Of a stretch of DNA of 64,000 bases, positions 56,213 to 64,000 are shown one piece after another. How positions within the stretch are numbered: position 1 is the first letter of the stretch; each line of letters begins with the position of its first letter. The stretch spans positions 64,001 through 128,000 of the forward strand of contig JBHGAY010000001.1 in assembly GCA_041946735.1 (NCBI GenBank). The letters run 5' to 3'. The stretch is from Candidatus Eiseniibacteriota bacterium. Lineage in GTDB: Bacteria; Eisenbacteria; RBG-16-71-46; CAIMUX01; VGJL01. A model generated the notes under the pieces. That model was not told the origin of the DNA. It saw nothing but the letters and a program-made list of their open reading frames with translations, and searched no databases. Both the position numbers and the translations under genes were made by a program.

Positions 56213-58036
56213 TCAGGCGGACGCATGGCCGCCGTCTTCGATCCGGATGTGCAATTCCCGGAGGTCTCCCGGATCCACGGGAGCAGGCGCCCCGTCCATC
56301 AGGCTCGCGGCGCTGGTCGTCTTCGGAAACGCGATCGTGTCGCGGATCGAGCTGCGGCCGGCCATGAGCATCACCGTCCGGTCGAGGCCGATCGCGATCC
56401 CCCCGTGAGGGGGAGCGCCATACTGGAAGGCGCGGAGCAGGAAGCCGAAGCGCCTCTCCGCATCCTCCCGGTCGATTCCCGCCACCTCCATCACCGCCTC
56501 CTGAACGTCCCTGCGGTGGATCCGGATGCTGCCGCTGGCCAACTCGGTCCCGTTGAGCACCAGGTCGTAGAGCCGGGCGTGGACCGACATCGGGTCGGTC
56601 GCCAGGCGCGCAATGTCCTGCTCCAGCGGCATCGTGAACATGTGGTGAGCCGGGGCGATCCGGCCGGTCGCCTCGTCCCGTTCGAAGAGCGGGAAGCGGT
56701 CGACCCAGAGGAAGCGCCACTGCGTCTTCTCCTCCTCGGTCAGCCGGGCCGTCCCGACCTTCGATCGGAGAGCCCCCAGAGAGCGGTTCGCCGTCGCCCG
56801 GCTGTCCGCCACCACGGCCAGGAGGTCTCCTTCCCGGGCGCCGCTCGCCGCGACGACCGCATGGGCCGTCGCCGCGTCGACGAACTTCGCGAAGCCCCCG
56901 TCCAGTCCACCGTCCGCGGTGACGCGGGCGCGGGCCAGACCCCGGGCGCCGTAGAGCTTCACGTGCGCCTCCAGCTCGTCCTGCTCCCTGCGGGAGAGGC
57001 TGCCCCCCTGCGGGACGACGATCGCTTTCACCGTCCCTCCCGCTTCGAGGGCGTCGCGGAAGACGCGGAAGTCGCTCCCGCGCACCGCCTCGGAGAGGTC
57101 GGCGATCGGCATCGCGAACCGGAGATCCGGCTTGTCGCTGCCGTAGAGATCCATCGCCTCCTCGTAGGAGATCCGCGGGAACGGCGCCTCCAGGCGCTGC
57201 CCGAGGCAGCGCTCGAAGAGACGCAGCATGAGCCCCTCGACGAGGGCGAACACCTGCTCCTCGCCGGCGAAGCTCATCTCGATGTCGATCTGCGTGTGCT
57301 CCGGCTGGCGGTCGGCGCGCAGGTCCTCGTCGCGCAGGCAGCGCGCGATCTGGAAGTAGCGGTCCATGCCGGAGACCATGAGGATCTGCTTGTAGAGCTG
57401 CGGCGACTGCGGCAACGCGTAGAACGTCCCCGGATGGATGCGGCTGGGCACCAGGTAGTCCCGCGCCCCCTCGGGGGTCGGCCGGACGAGCAGCGGCGTC
57501 TCGATCTCCCAGAAGCCCTGCTCGTCGAGATAGCGGCGCGTCTCGAGCGCGACGCGATGGCGCAGGCCGAGGATCGCCTGGAGCGACGGGGCGCGCAGGT
57601 CGAGATAGCGGTACTCGAGACGGAGATCCTCGCTAGCGTTCGTCAGGTCCCCGATCACGAAGGGCGGGACGTCGGAGGTGTTCAGCACGCGGATCTCCTC
57701 CGCCTCGATCTCGACCTCGCCGGTCGGCATCTGGGGGTTGCGCATCTCCTCCGGACGGGGCGACACCTTGCCGCGGACGGCGATCACGTACTCCGGGCGG
57801 AGCTCGCGCGCCTTCTCGACGACGGCGCCGCCGGCCGCCGAGGGACGGCAGACGGTCTGCGTCATGCCGGAACGGTCACGCACGTCGAGGAAGAAAACGC
57901 CGCCGTGGTCGCGCACGCGGTTGACCCATCCCATCAGGATCGCCTCGCGCCCGGCGTCGGCCAGGCGAAGCTCTCCGCAGGTCGCCGTCCTCCTCCAGTC
58001 CCCCAGATGCTCCATCCGTTCCGCTCCTTCCGGCAT
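56213..58036 (-). CDS. aspS: Aspartate--tRNA ligase
   Basis: RDHGG, ETPLL, PEGARDYLVPSR, LPQSPQLYKQ, RDED.RADRQPE, PPHGG.A.GLDR. Alternative start at 58015. Confidence 0.98.
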   Translation of the reverse strand: MPEGAERMEHLGDWRRTATCGELRLADAGREAILMGWVNRVRDHGGVFFLDVRDRSGMTQTVCRPSAAGGAVVEKARELRPEYVIAVRGKVSPRPEEMRNPQMPTGEVEIEAEEIRVLNTSDVPPFVIGDLTNASEDLRLEYRYLDLRAPSLQAILGLRHRVALETRRYLDEQGFWEIETPLLVRPTPEGARDYLVPSRIHPGTFYALPQSPQLYKQILMVSGMDRYFQIARCLRDEDLRADRQPEHTQIDIEMSFAGEEQVFALVEGLMLRLFERCLGQRLEAPFPRISYEEAMDLYGSDKPDLRFAMPIADLSEAVRGSDFRVFRDALEAGGTVKAIVVPQGGSLSRREQDELEAHVKLYGARGLARARVTADGGLDGGFAKFVDAATAHAVVAASGAREGDLLAVVADSRATANRSLGALRSKVGTARLTEEEKTQWRFLWVDRFPLFERDEATGRIAPAHHMFTMPLEQDIARLATDPMSVHARLYDLVLNGTELASGSIRIHRRDVQEAVMEVAGIDREDAERRFGFLLRAFQYGAPPHGGIAIGLDRTVMLMAGRSSIRDTIAFPKTTSAASLMDGAPAPVDPGDLRELHIRIEDGGHASA

Positions 58037-58042
58037 CGCCTG

Positions 58043-58447
58043 CTAACGCCGCTCCGTGGAGGCCTTCGCGTCCGCGCGCTCCCGCCTGCGGGAGGACCAC
58101 CATCCCTGGATCCCGCCGCCCGCGAGCCCGCCGCACAGGTCGGCGAGGCCGTCGAGCGCGCTCGGAAAGCGCCCCGGCACCGTCGACTGATAGAACTCGT
58201 CCGCCGTTCCGATCGCGACCGCGATCCCGCCCGCCAGCAGCCAGGAGCCGAACGTGCGGCGCCCGAGAGCGCGGCGAAGCAGGAACCCGAGCACTCCGTA
58301 TTCGGCCAGGTGCGCCGCCTTGTCCGAGGGACCCCAAGTCGCTGGCGGAGTGAGATGGGGCACCGAAGAGAGCCCGAGGATCACGAGCACGTAGAGCGCG
58401 ACCGGTCCCCAGCGAGAGACCCACCCCTGGCTCCGCGCGCCGGTCAG
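58043..58447 (-). CDS. VanZ family membrane protein
   Basis: DKAAHLAEYGVL, DEFYQSTVPGR..S..D..AD..G. Start codon uncertain (possible CTG overlapping the upstream stop). Confidence 0.8.
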   Translation of the reverse strand: MTGARSQGWVSRWGPVALYVLVILGLSSVPHLTPPATWGPSDKAAHLAEYGVLGFLLRRALGRRTFGSWLLAGGIAVAIGTADEFYQSTVPGRFPSALDGLADLCGGLAGGGIQGWWSSRRRERADAKASTERR

Positions 58448-58908
58448 ATCCGTAGCTTCTCCTCTTCCTGCCGGATCACCTCGACGACGTCCTCGGGACT
58501 CTTCGCCGTGAGCAAGAACTGCTGCAGGTCGCCCGTGTAGAGCAGCCGCGAGATCCGCGCCAGGATCCGGATGAACCCGCCGCGCTCCTCGGGACCGACG
58601 ATCATGAAGACCAGGCGGACCGGCTTGCCGTCGAGCGCGTCGAACGGCAGATCCTTGTCGACCCGCACGAAGCTGACGGAAAGCTCCTTCACGCCGGGGC
58701 TCTGCGCATGGGGAATCGCCACGCCGCCGCCGATCCCCGTCGACATGACCCGCTCCCGCTCCAACAGCGCGTGCAGGACCGCGGGAGGATCGGTGAGGAG
58801 ATCCGCCTTCTGCAGGATCCCCACCATCTTCCGGATCAGGTCCTCCTTGGAGGAGACAGGGAGGTCGAGCGCGATGGAAGTGGGTCGTAGCAACTCGTAG
58901 AGACTCAT
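58444..58908 (-). CDS. PTS IIA component (Ntr/fructose type)
   Basis: RERVMSTGIGGGVAIPHA (phospho-His), FDALDGKPV, ILARISR. Confidence 0.92.
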   Translation of the reverse strand: MSLYELLRPTSIALDLPVSSKEDLIRKMVGILQKADLLTDPPAVLHALLERERVMSTGIGGGVAIPHAQSPGVKELSVSFVRVDKDLPFDALDGKPVRLVFMIVGPEERGGFIRILARISRLLYTGDLQQFLLTAKSPEDVVEVIRQEEEKLRI

Positions 58909-59032
58909 TTCGTCGTGCGCCGGGGCCGCGGCGATACGCGAGAAGGCCGGAGGAATCCTCCCGCCCGTGCCGGAGCGCAAATCGCAATCAGACCTGGCAG
59001 CGGAGAATCGGTTGTCAAGGTGCTGCGGCCGC

Positions 59033-62000
59033 TCACCCGCCCTGCGGGAAACGACGTCCGATCCGGTACCGGGCGATCTTCCCCTTGAGGCCCTTGCGGG
59101 AGAGCCCGAGCATCGCGGCCGCCCGGCTCTTGTTTCCGTCACACGATTCGAGCGCGCGCTCGATCTCGCGCCGCTCGTACATCTCGACGCGCGACTTCAG
59201 ATCCTCGGTCGCCGCCTCCGGCAGCTCGACGGCCGTATCGAGGACCTCCTTGGGGAGCAGGTCGTGGGTGAGGAGCGCTCCTTCGTCGGCCAGTGTCACG
59301 GCGCGCCGGATCGCCTTCTCCAGCTCCCGCACGTTGCCCGGCCAGTCGTGCGCGATCAGCGCCCTGCGGAAGCCGCTCGTCATCCCCGCGATCTTCCGTC
59401 CGGTCTGCGCGGCGAACGTCTCGACGAAGCAGCCGGCGAGCAGCAGGATGTCGGCCCTCCGCTCGCGCAGCGGCGGCACCTGGATCGAGATGTCGTTCAG
59501 GCGGTAGTAGAGGTCTTTCAGGAACCGGCCTTCGGCGACCTCGACCCGAAGGTCCGGGCAGCTCGTCGCGCAGACGATCCGAACGTCGAGCCGCAGGTAG
59601 GTGGTCGATCCGACCGGGCGGACCTCGCCGGAATCGAGCAGGTGGAGGAAGCGCCGCTGCACGGTCAGGCCCGACTTGTCGATCTCGTCGAGGAACACGG
59701 TCCCGCCGGCCGCCTCGGCGAGCAGGCCCGTGCGGTCCTGCGTCGCTCCCGTGAAGGCCCCCTTGCGGTAGCCGAACAGCTCCGCCTCGAGCAGCGTCTC
59801 CGGCAGCGCTGCGCAGTCGACCGTCACGAACGGGCGGTTGCGCCTTCCGCTCGCCCGGTGGATCGCGTGGGCGAGCAGCTTCTTGCCGGTCCCCGTCTCC
59901 CCCTGGAGCAGGACGTTCAGGCCCGTATCCCCGATCCGGCGAATCAGCTCGAGAATCCGCAGCATCCCGGGATCCTGCGTAATCACGTCGGCGAGGGCGA
60001 CGCCGCTCGAGAGCTGCGCCACCTCCTGGTCGGGACTTCCCAGCTCCAGCGCCCGCGCGATCTCTCCCGCAAGGGTGATCGCGTAGTTGCGCTCCGCCCG
60101 GCTCATCGGGCCGCGCCCGGCCGCCGGAGTCCTGCGGATGCAGAGAACGTGCTTCTTGCCGTGCAGCGGCATCGGAATCCAGAAGCGGCTGCCGATCTGC
60201 CCGGCCGCCCCGCCCTCGAGATCGATCCGCGCCCCGGCCCCCTCGAACGATCCGCCGTCGAGTCCGAGGCGGGCGGCGGCCACGACGCGCCGGCCCTGGC
60301 CGGGGTCCTGGCCGGCGAAGGCGAGGATCTCGAACGATGCCTTTGCCGCCTCGCGCGCGAGGAAGATCGTGTCGACGTCGAGCGCCGTGCGGGCGAGAGC
60401 GAGGATCTCCGCGAGCTTCTCCCAAGGAGCGCCCAGCCCGAGCAGGTGCTCGATCCGCTGGTGCGCCTTCAGCCCCTCGGCCGTCTCGCCCCCCTCGCTC
60501 GCGCGCGAACGCAGGAGCGCGTCGGAGAGGCGGGTCAGCTCGGCGCTCAAGAGGGGGAACGGCTCTTCCCCCTCGTCGAAGCTATGGAGGGACTGGATCA
60601 GGTGGAGCGCGTCGACGCCGCGCCCGAGATGGATCAGGCAAGCCGCCCGGCCCGCCTCGTCGAGGGCCGCGCCCCGCGCAAGGCCCATGCGCCGGTGGAG
60701 ATCGGCCGCCTGCTGCAGCAAGGCCAGCGCCGCCTCGTGGTCGCCCCGCACCTCGCAGGCGATCCGCGCCTGATCGCCGAGGATCCGCGCGTAGGCGGGC
60801 CACTCGCCCCGCATCCGGTGCCGTTCGGACAGCGAGCGCAGGCTCTCTTCCGCCTCGGCGAGGCGGCCGCGGCGCGCCCGCGCGATCGCCAGCGACTTCT
60901 GCGCCTCTTCCTCCTGGCCGCGCGCGCGGTCCTCGCGTGCCAGCTCGACCGCCTCGGCTGCACACGCCTCGGCCTGGTCCCAGGCTCCCGAACGGGCGGC
61001 GATCGCGAACTCCAGCAGGAGCGTCTCGATCATGATGTCGCCGCGCGGCGCCATCGCCTCCGCACGCAACCGCAGCTCGCGCGTCACGGCGGCCGCCTTC
61101 TCGGGCTCCGCCTCGCAGAGATGGAGCCACGCGTTCTCGATCTGGAGCAGGCAGCTCTCGCGCTCCGGCAGCTTCTGCTCAGGCACGAGGCAGGATTCGA
61201 GCGTCGCGAACGCGCGCCGCGTGTGGTACTCGAAGCGGTGGAGTTGCACGCGGGCGATCTGCGCGCGGAGGACGCGTGTCGCATCCCCCATCTCCGCCGC
61301 CAGCTTGTGGGCGCGATCGATGTACCCTCGCGCCTCGCCGTATCGGCCGGTGCACGTGAGCAGAATGCCGAGGTTCTGCGCGGCGGCCGCGACGGAGCGC
61401 GAATCGCCCTGCGTGGTCCCCAGGTAGTAGGCGATCTGGTAGTGCTCGGTCGCCCGCTCCCAGTCGCAGCGCAGCTTGTGAAGGTTGCCGAGGTTGCCGT
61501 ACGCGCGGGAGAGGGCCTGCAGGTCGCCCCGCTTGCGCGCCATCTCGAGCGCGGACTCGAACTGCTCGCGCGCCATCTCGGGATTGCCCGAGCGGAAGGC
61601 GACCGTTCCGAGAAGATTGCGCGCGACGATCGCTTCCTCGCACGATTCGTCGTCACCGAGAGCGGCGAGAGCGGCGACCGCTTCGGCTCGGGCGTCGGTC
61701 AGCTGTCCCAGCTCGAAGGCGGCCTTGCCGGCCACGAGCAGGCAGCGCGCCCGCTCGATCGTCGGGACGTCCGGCGACGCTTGCTCGAGGGCGTGACGCG
61801 CGGCCGCCCGCGCCTCCTCGGCTTGGCCGAGGCGTTCCAGGCAAAGCGCCACGCGCCGTTCGATCAGGAAGCTCTCGACCCCTTGCGGGTCGAGCACCTC
61901 TTGGCGGGCAAGCAACAAGCGGTCGAGAGCGCTCGCGTGCGCCTCGACCTCGATGTCGACGTCGGCGAGTTCGAGGATCTGCACAATCGTGCGATCCACG

Positions 62001-62059
62001 GGCTCGAACGCCTCACGCGCTGCGCGAGGAGCGGGCCCCCCCGCCTCTCTCCGTTCCAT
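59033..62059 (-). CDS. Sigma54-dependent enhancer-binding protein with long N-terminal TPR array and GAF-like segment
   Basis: TPR motifs (ARNLLG, AYGNLG, AAQNLG); GETGTGK, ELFG..KGAFTGA, FLDEI, DLYYRL, WPGNVREL; Fis-type HTH GNKSRAAAMLGL. Confidence 0.93.
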   Translation of the reverse strand: MERREAGGPAPRAAREAFEPVDRTIVQILELADVDIEVEAHASALDRLLLARQEVLDPQGVESFLIERRVALCLERLGQAEEARAAARHALEQASPDVPTIERARCLLVAGKAAFELGQLTDARAEAVAALAALGDDESCEEAIVARNLLGTVAFRSGNPEMAREQFESALEMARKRGDLQALSRAYGNLGNLHKLRCDWERATEHYQIAYYLGTTQGDSRSVAAAAQNLGILLTCTGRYGEARGYIDRAHKLAAEMGDATRVLRAQIARVQLHRFEYHTRRAFATLESCLVPEQKLPERESCLLQIENAWLHLCEAEPEKAAAVTRELRLRAEAMAPRGDIMIETLLLEFAIAARSGAWDQAEACAAEAVELAREDRARGQEEEAQKSLAIARARRGRLAEAEESLRSLSERHRMRGEWPAYARILGDQARIACEVRGDHEAALALLQQAADLHRRMGLARGAALDEAGRAACLIHLGRGVDALHLIQSLHSFDEGEEPFPLLSAELTRLSDALLRSRASEGGETAEGLKAHQRIEHLLGLGAPWEKLAEILALARTALDVDTIFLAREAAKASFEILAFAGQDPGQGRRVVAAARLGLDGGSFEGAGARIDLEGGAAGQIGSRFWIPMPLHGKKHVLCIRRTPAAGRGPMSRAERNYAITLAGEIARALELGSPDQEVAQLSSGVALADVITQDPGMLRILELIRRIGDTGLNVLLQGETGTGKKLLAHAIHRASGRRNRPFVTVDCAALPETLLEAELFGYRKGAFTGATQDRTGLLAEAAGGTVFLDEIDKSGLTVQRRFLHLLDSGEVRPVGSTTYLRLDVRIVCATSCPDLRVEVAEGRFLKDLYYRLNDISIQVPPLRERRADILLLAGCFVETFAAQTGRKIAGMTSGFRRALIAHDWPGNVRELEKAIRRAVTLADEGALLTHDLLPKEVLDTAVELPEAATEDLKSRVEMYERREIERALESCDGNKSRAAAMLGLSRKGLKGKIARYRIGRRFPQGG

Positions 62060-62096
62060 CAAAACCGCCTTCCGATTCCTGGTCTCGATCGGCCTT

Positions 62097-62435
62097 TTAG
62101 CCCACCAACCTCAAGTACTGAAGCAGCCAGAACCAGGAGGGAAGCAGGTCACGGATCGGGTTCGTGGAGGGCGGAGGAGTCTCCGGCGCCGTCGTGATCT
62201 CTACGCCGTCGGGCGTCTCCATATAGATCACGAAGTCGTCCGGGTCGGTCTGGTCACCACCACCGCCACCCGTAGGCCCGTCCAGCTTGCCCCAGTCTCC
62301 TCCCCCCGGTGTGCCAGGCGCCGGAACCACGCCCATGGCGGGCAGTTGGGCGGCGTGCAGGGGGAGAGATGCGAAAGCGAGCATCAGAACGAGCCCGACG
62401 AGCCGCAGTACCCACGTCATGTTTCGAGGAGCCAT
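62097..62435 (-). CDS. Small secreted protein (112 aa), candidate pro-peptide
   Basis: GAGG RBS; Sec signal peptide ending PLHA; Gly/Pro-rich linker; DQTDPDDF motif; Trp-rich C-terminal helix; 37 bp upstream of the TPR activator. Confidence 0.75.
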   Translation of the reverse strand: MAPRNMTWVLRLVGLVLMLAFASLPLHAAQLPAMGVVPAPGTPGGGDWGKLDGPTGGGGGDQTDPDDFVIYMETPDGVEITTAPETPPPSTNPIRDLLPSWFWLLQYLRLVG

Positions 62436-62465
62436 GGTTCGAACCTCGGATGGAACAACCCCGGC

Positions 62466-62484
62466 GGGTTGCAGGGTGCAACCC
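62466..62484. promoter_or_regulatory. Operator-like inverted repeat
   Basis: GGGTTGCA-GGG-TGCAACCC, perfect 8-bp arms just downstream of the predicted transcription start. Confidence 0.55.
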
Positions 62485-62495
62485 TTCACGCGATA

Positions 62496-62524
62496 AGGCT
62501 AGTCCGGCCGGAAGACGGTGTCAA
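62496..62524 (-). promoter_or_regulatory. Sigma70 promoter for small protein/TPR activator operon
   Basis: TTGACA-17 bp-TAGCCT. Confidence 0.65.
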
Positions 62525-62675
62525 TCCGGCAACTTCCCACGCCTGCCGCGACGAAATCGTGCTAGAATTGACCGGAGCGATCCACGCGCGAGGATCACCG
62601 ACCGGGACAGTTCAGGTTGTGACGGGGGCCAGCCGGTTCTGGCGGCGGTTTCCGCGCGCACCTCGGGGCAACACC

Positions 62676-64000
62676 TTGAGCCGTTTGGGGATCAGCTACA
62701 CCGAACTGCTGCGGTACCACCTACCCTCCGAGATCCTCACCGCGCAAGAAAGACGCGAAATCGACGCCGCCCTGGCGGCCGGGCAACCGGCCGAGATCGC
62801 CGCGGTGGCGCAGCGCGTCCTCGCCGCCCTGATCGGAAGGGGAGCCCTGGAGGTCCGCGAGCGCATCCCCTCCCCTCGCGGCCCGATCCTTCGCCTCTTG
62901 GAGCCCCGGTCGCGCCTTCACCTCCGCGTCCTCTTCCCCCCCGTGGAAGGACGGGAGAGTCCCGAGTCGATCCCCCTGCCCCTCGACCCCCGGCCGAGCC
63001 TGCAGCTCGATCCCGGCCTGGTGGAGCAGCTGCTCCGGGCCGGCTCCGCGCTCGTGCTGCCCGATCGCGTCTCCACCCCCCGGGAGGTCATCCAGGAGCT
63101 CGAGGGGCAGATGCGCGCCGCCCTGGGCGTCGACCGGGTCACCCTCCGGGGGATCGATCATCCTCCCGGCGAGTTCTGGCGCACCGCCGCCTCCGCCCCC
63201 CTGGGGCTTCCCGAGGAGCGCCTGCGGGAGCTGGCGCGGGCGAGAGACCACGTGCTCCACGTCCGGGACTTCGCGGCCCTCGATCCCCGGCTCGAGCCGG
63301 CCGCCGACAGCGGCAGCGCGCTCTACGTCGGCATCGGGGACGACGCGGGCGGATGGCGCGCCGTGATCGAGGCGCGGGACCGGCGCACCGGAGTGTTCGA
63401 CCGGGTCCAGGTGGCCCTGGCCCTGCTCCTCGCGGAGCATTTCCAGATGATGCTGGCGAGCGCGGTCCGCTTGCAGTCTCTGATCTTCTTCGACTTCCTG
63501 ACCGGCCTCTACAACCGCCCCTACTTCGAGGACCAGATGGAGAAGCAGGTGGCGATCGCGCAGCGGAGAAAGCAGACTCTCGCCCTCTGCATCATCGACA
63601 TCGACGGCTTCAAGAACTTCAACACGCTCTACGGATACGAAGGGGGCGACCGGGTGCTCGCCACCGTCGCCTGCATCCTGAAGGCGGCGCTGCGCACGAG
63701 CGACACGCTGGCCCGCTACGGAGGCGAGGAGTTCGTGGCGCTGCTCGCGCCTCCGGTCGCGCCCGAAGAGGCGCGGGCGATCGCCGAGCGGCTCCGCCAG
63801 GCGGTCGAAGCGGAGCCGTTCCAGGTGCAGAGCTTGAACGGCGAGTTCCTGCCGGAAAAGATCACCGTGTCGGTCGGAGGCGCGATCCATCCCGACCATG
63901 GATTCACGACGCGTGAGCTGTGGACCGCCGCGAATCGGATGCTCCTCGAAGCGAAGGCGCAGGGGAAGAACTGCGTCCGCTTCGTCGGGGACCCGCCATC
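62676..64000 (+). CDS. Diguanylate cyclase (GAF-like + GGDEF), 3'-truncated by window edge
   Basis: Not in the ORF track. Manual translation gives DFLTGLYNR, IDIDGFKNFN..YG...GD, RTSD (I-site), RYGGEEF, AK..GKN. Start uncertain (TTG 62676 or GTG 62619). Confidence 0.9.
   Translation, partial: MSRLGISYTELLRYHLPSEILTAQERREIDAALAAGQPAEIAAVAQRVLAALIGRGALEVRERIPSPRGPILRLLEPRSRLHLRVLFPPVEGRESPESIPLPLDPRPSLQLDPGLVEQLLRAGSALVLPDRVSTPREVIQELEGQMRAALGVDRVTLRGIDHPPGEFWRTAASAPLGLPEERLRELARARDHVLHVRDFAALDPRLEPAADSGSALYVGIGDDAGGWRAVIEARDRRTGVFDRVQVALALLLAEHFQMMLASAVRLQSLIFFDFLTGLYNRPYFEDQMEKQVAIAQRRKQTLALCIIDIDGFKNFNTLYGYEGGDRVLATVACILKAALRTSDTLARYGGEEFVALLAPPVAPEEARAIAERLRQAVEAEPFQVQSLNGEFLPEKITVSVGGAIHPDHGFTTRELWTAANRMLLEAKAQGKNCVRFVGDPP

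Overview
High-GC (roughly 70% by eye) chromosomal window from a diderm bacterium. An FlgD-Ig/T9SS-like C-terminal domain, a PorX-type regulator and D-S-x sequons point to an FCB-group relative such as Eisenbacteria or Latescibacterota; this taxonomy is inference only. Most of the window is minus-strand housekeeping operons: pgi (partial); cbs and cystathionine gamma-lyase; serS-HK-porX-tsaE-tsaB-rimI-accD-folC-lptD; ugd-rfbC-rfbB-epimerase-GT4; pyrR-pyrB-pyrC-TPR-pyrK-pyrD-pyrF behind an attenuator-like leader; recO; ptsN-vanZ-aspS-NYN-lipoproteins-phoH-7TM/HD-ybeY-CBS proteins. No tRNA, rRNA, CRISPR array or clear transposase was seen. Highlights: (1) A lipoprotein that the ORF track splits at an in-frame TGA. 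It reads as a CxU selenoprotein with a SECIS-like hairpin, a degenerate UshA-like fold and four CxxCH hemes, directly upstream of the trans-sulfuration genes. (2) A small secreted protein gene tightly coupled to a 1008-aa TPR/sigma54-activator gene and divergent from a diguanylate cyclase, a candidate peptide-sensing system. (3) A tandem DUF222-like/HNH nuclease gene behind a perfect consensus sigma70 promoter with operator-like repeats. (4) A 1873-aa secreted protein with 4 x 6 propeller blades alternating with DUF11-like domains. (5) Two sigma54-type promoters in front of uncharacterised genes.
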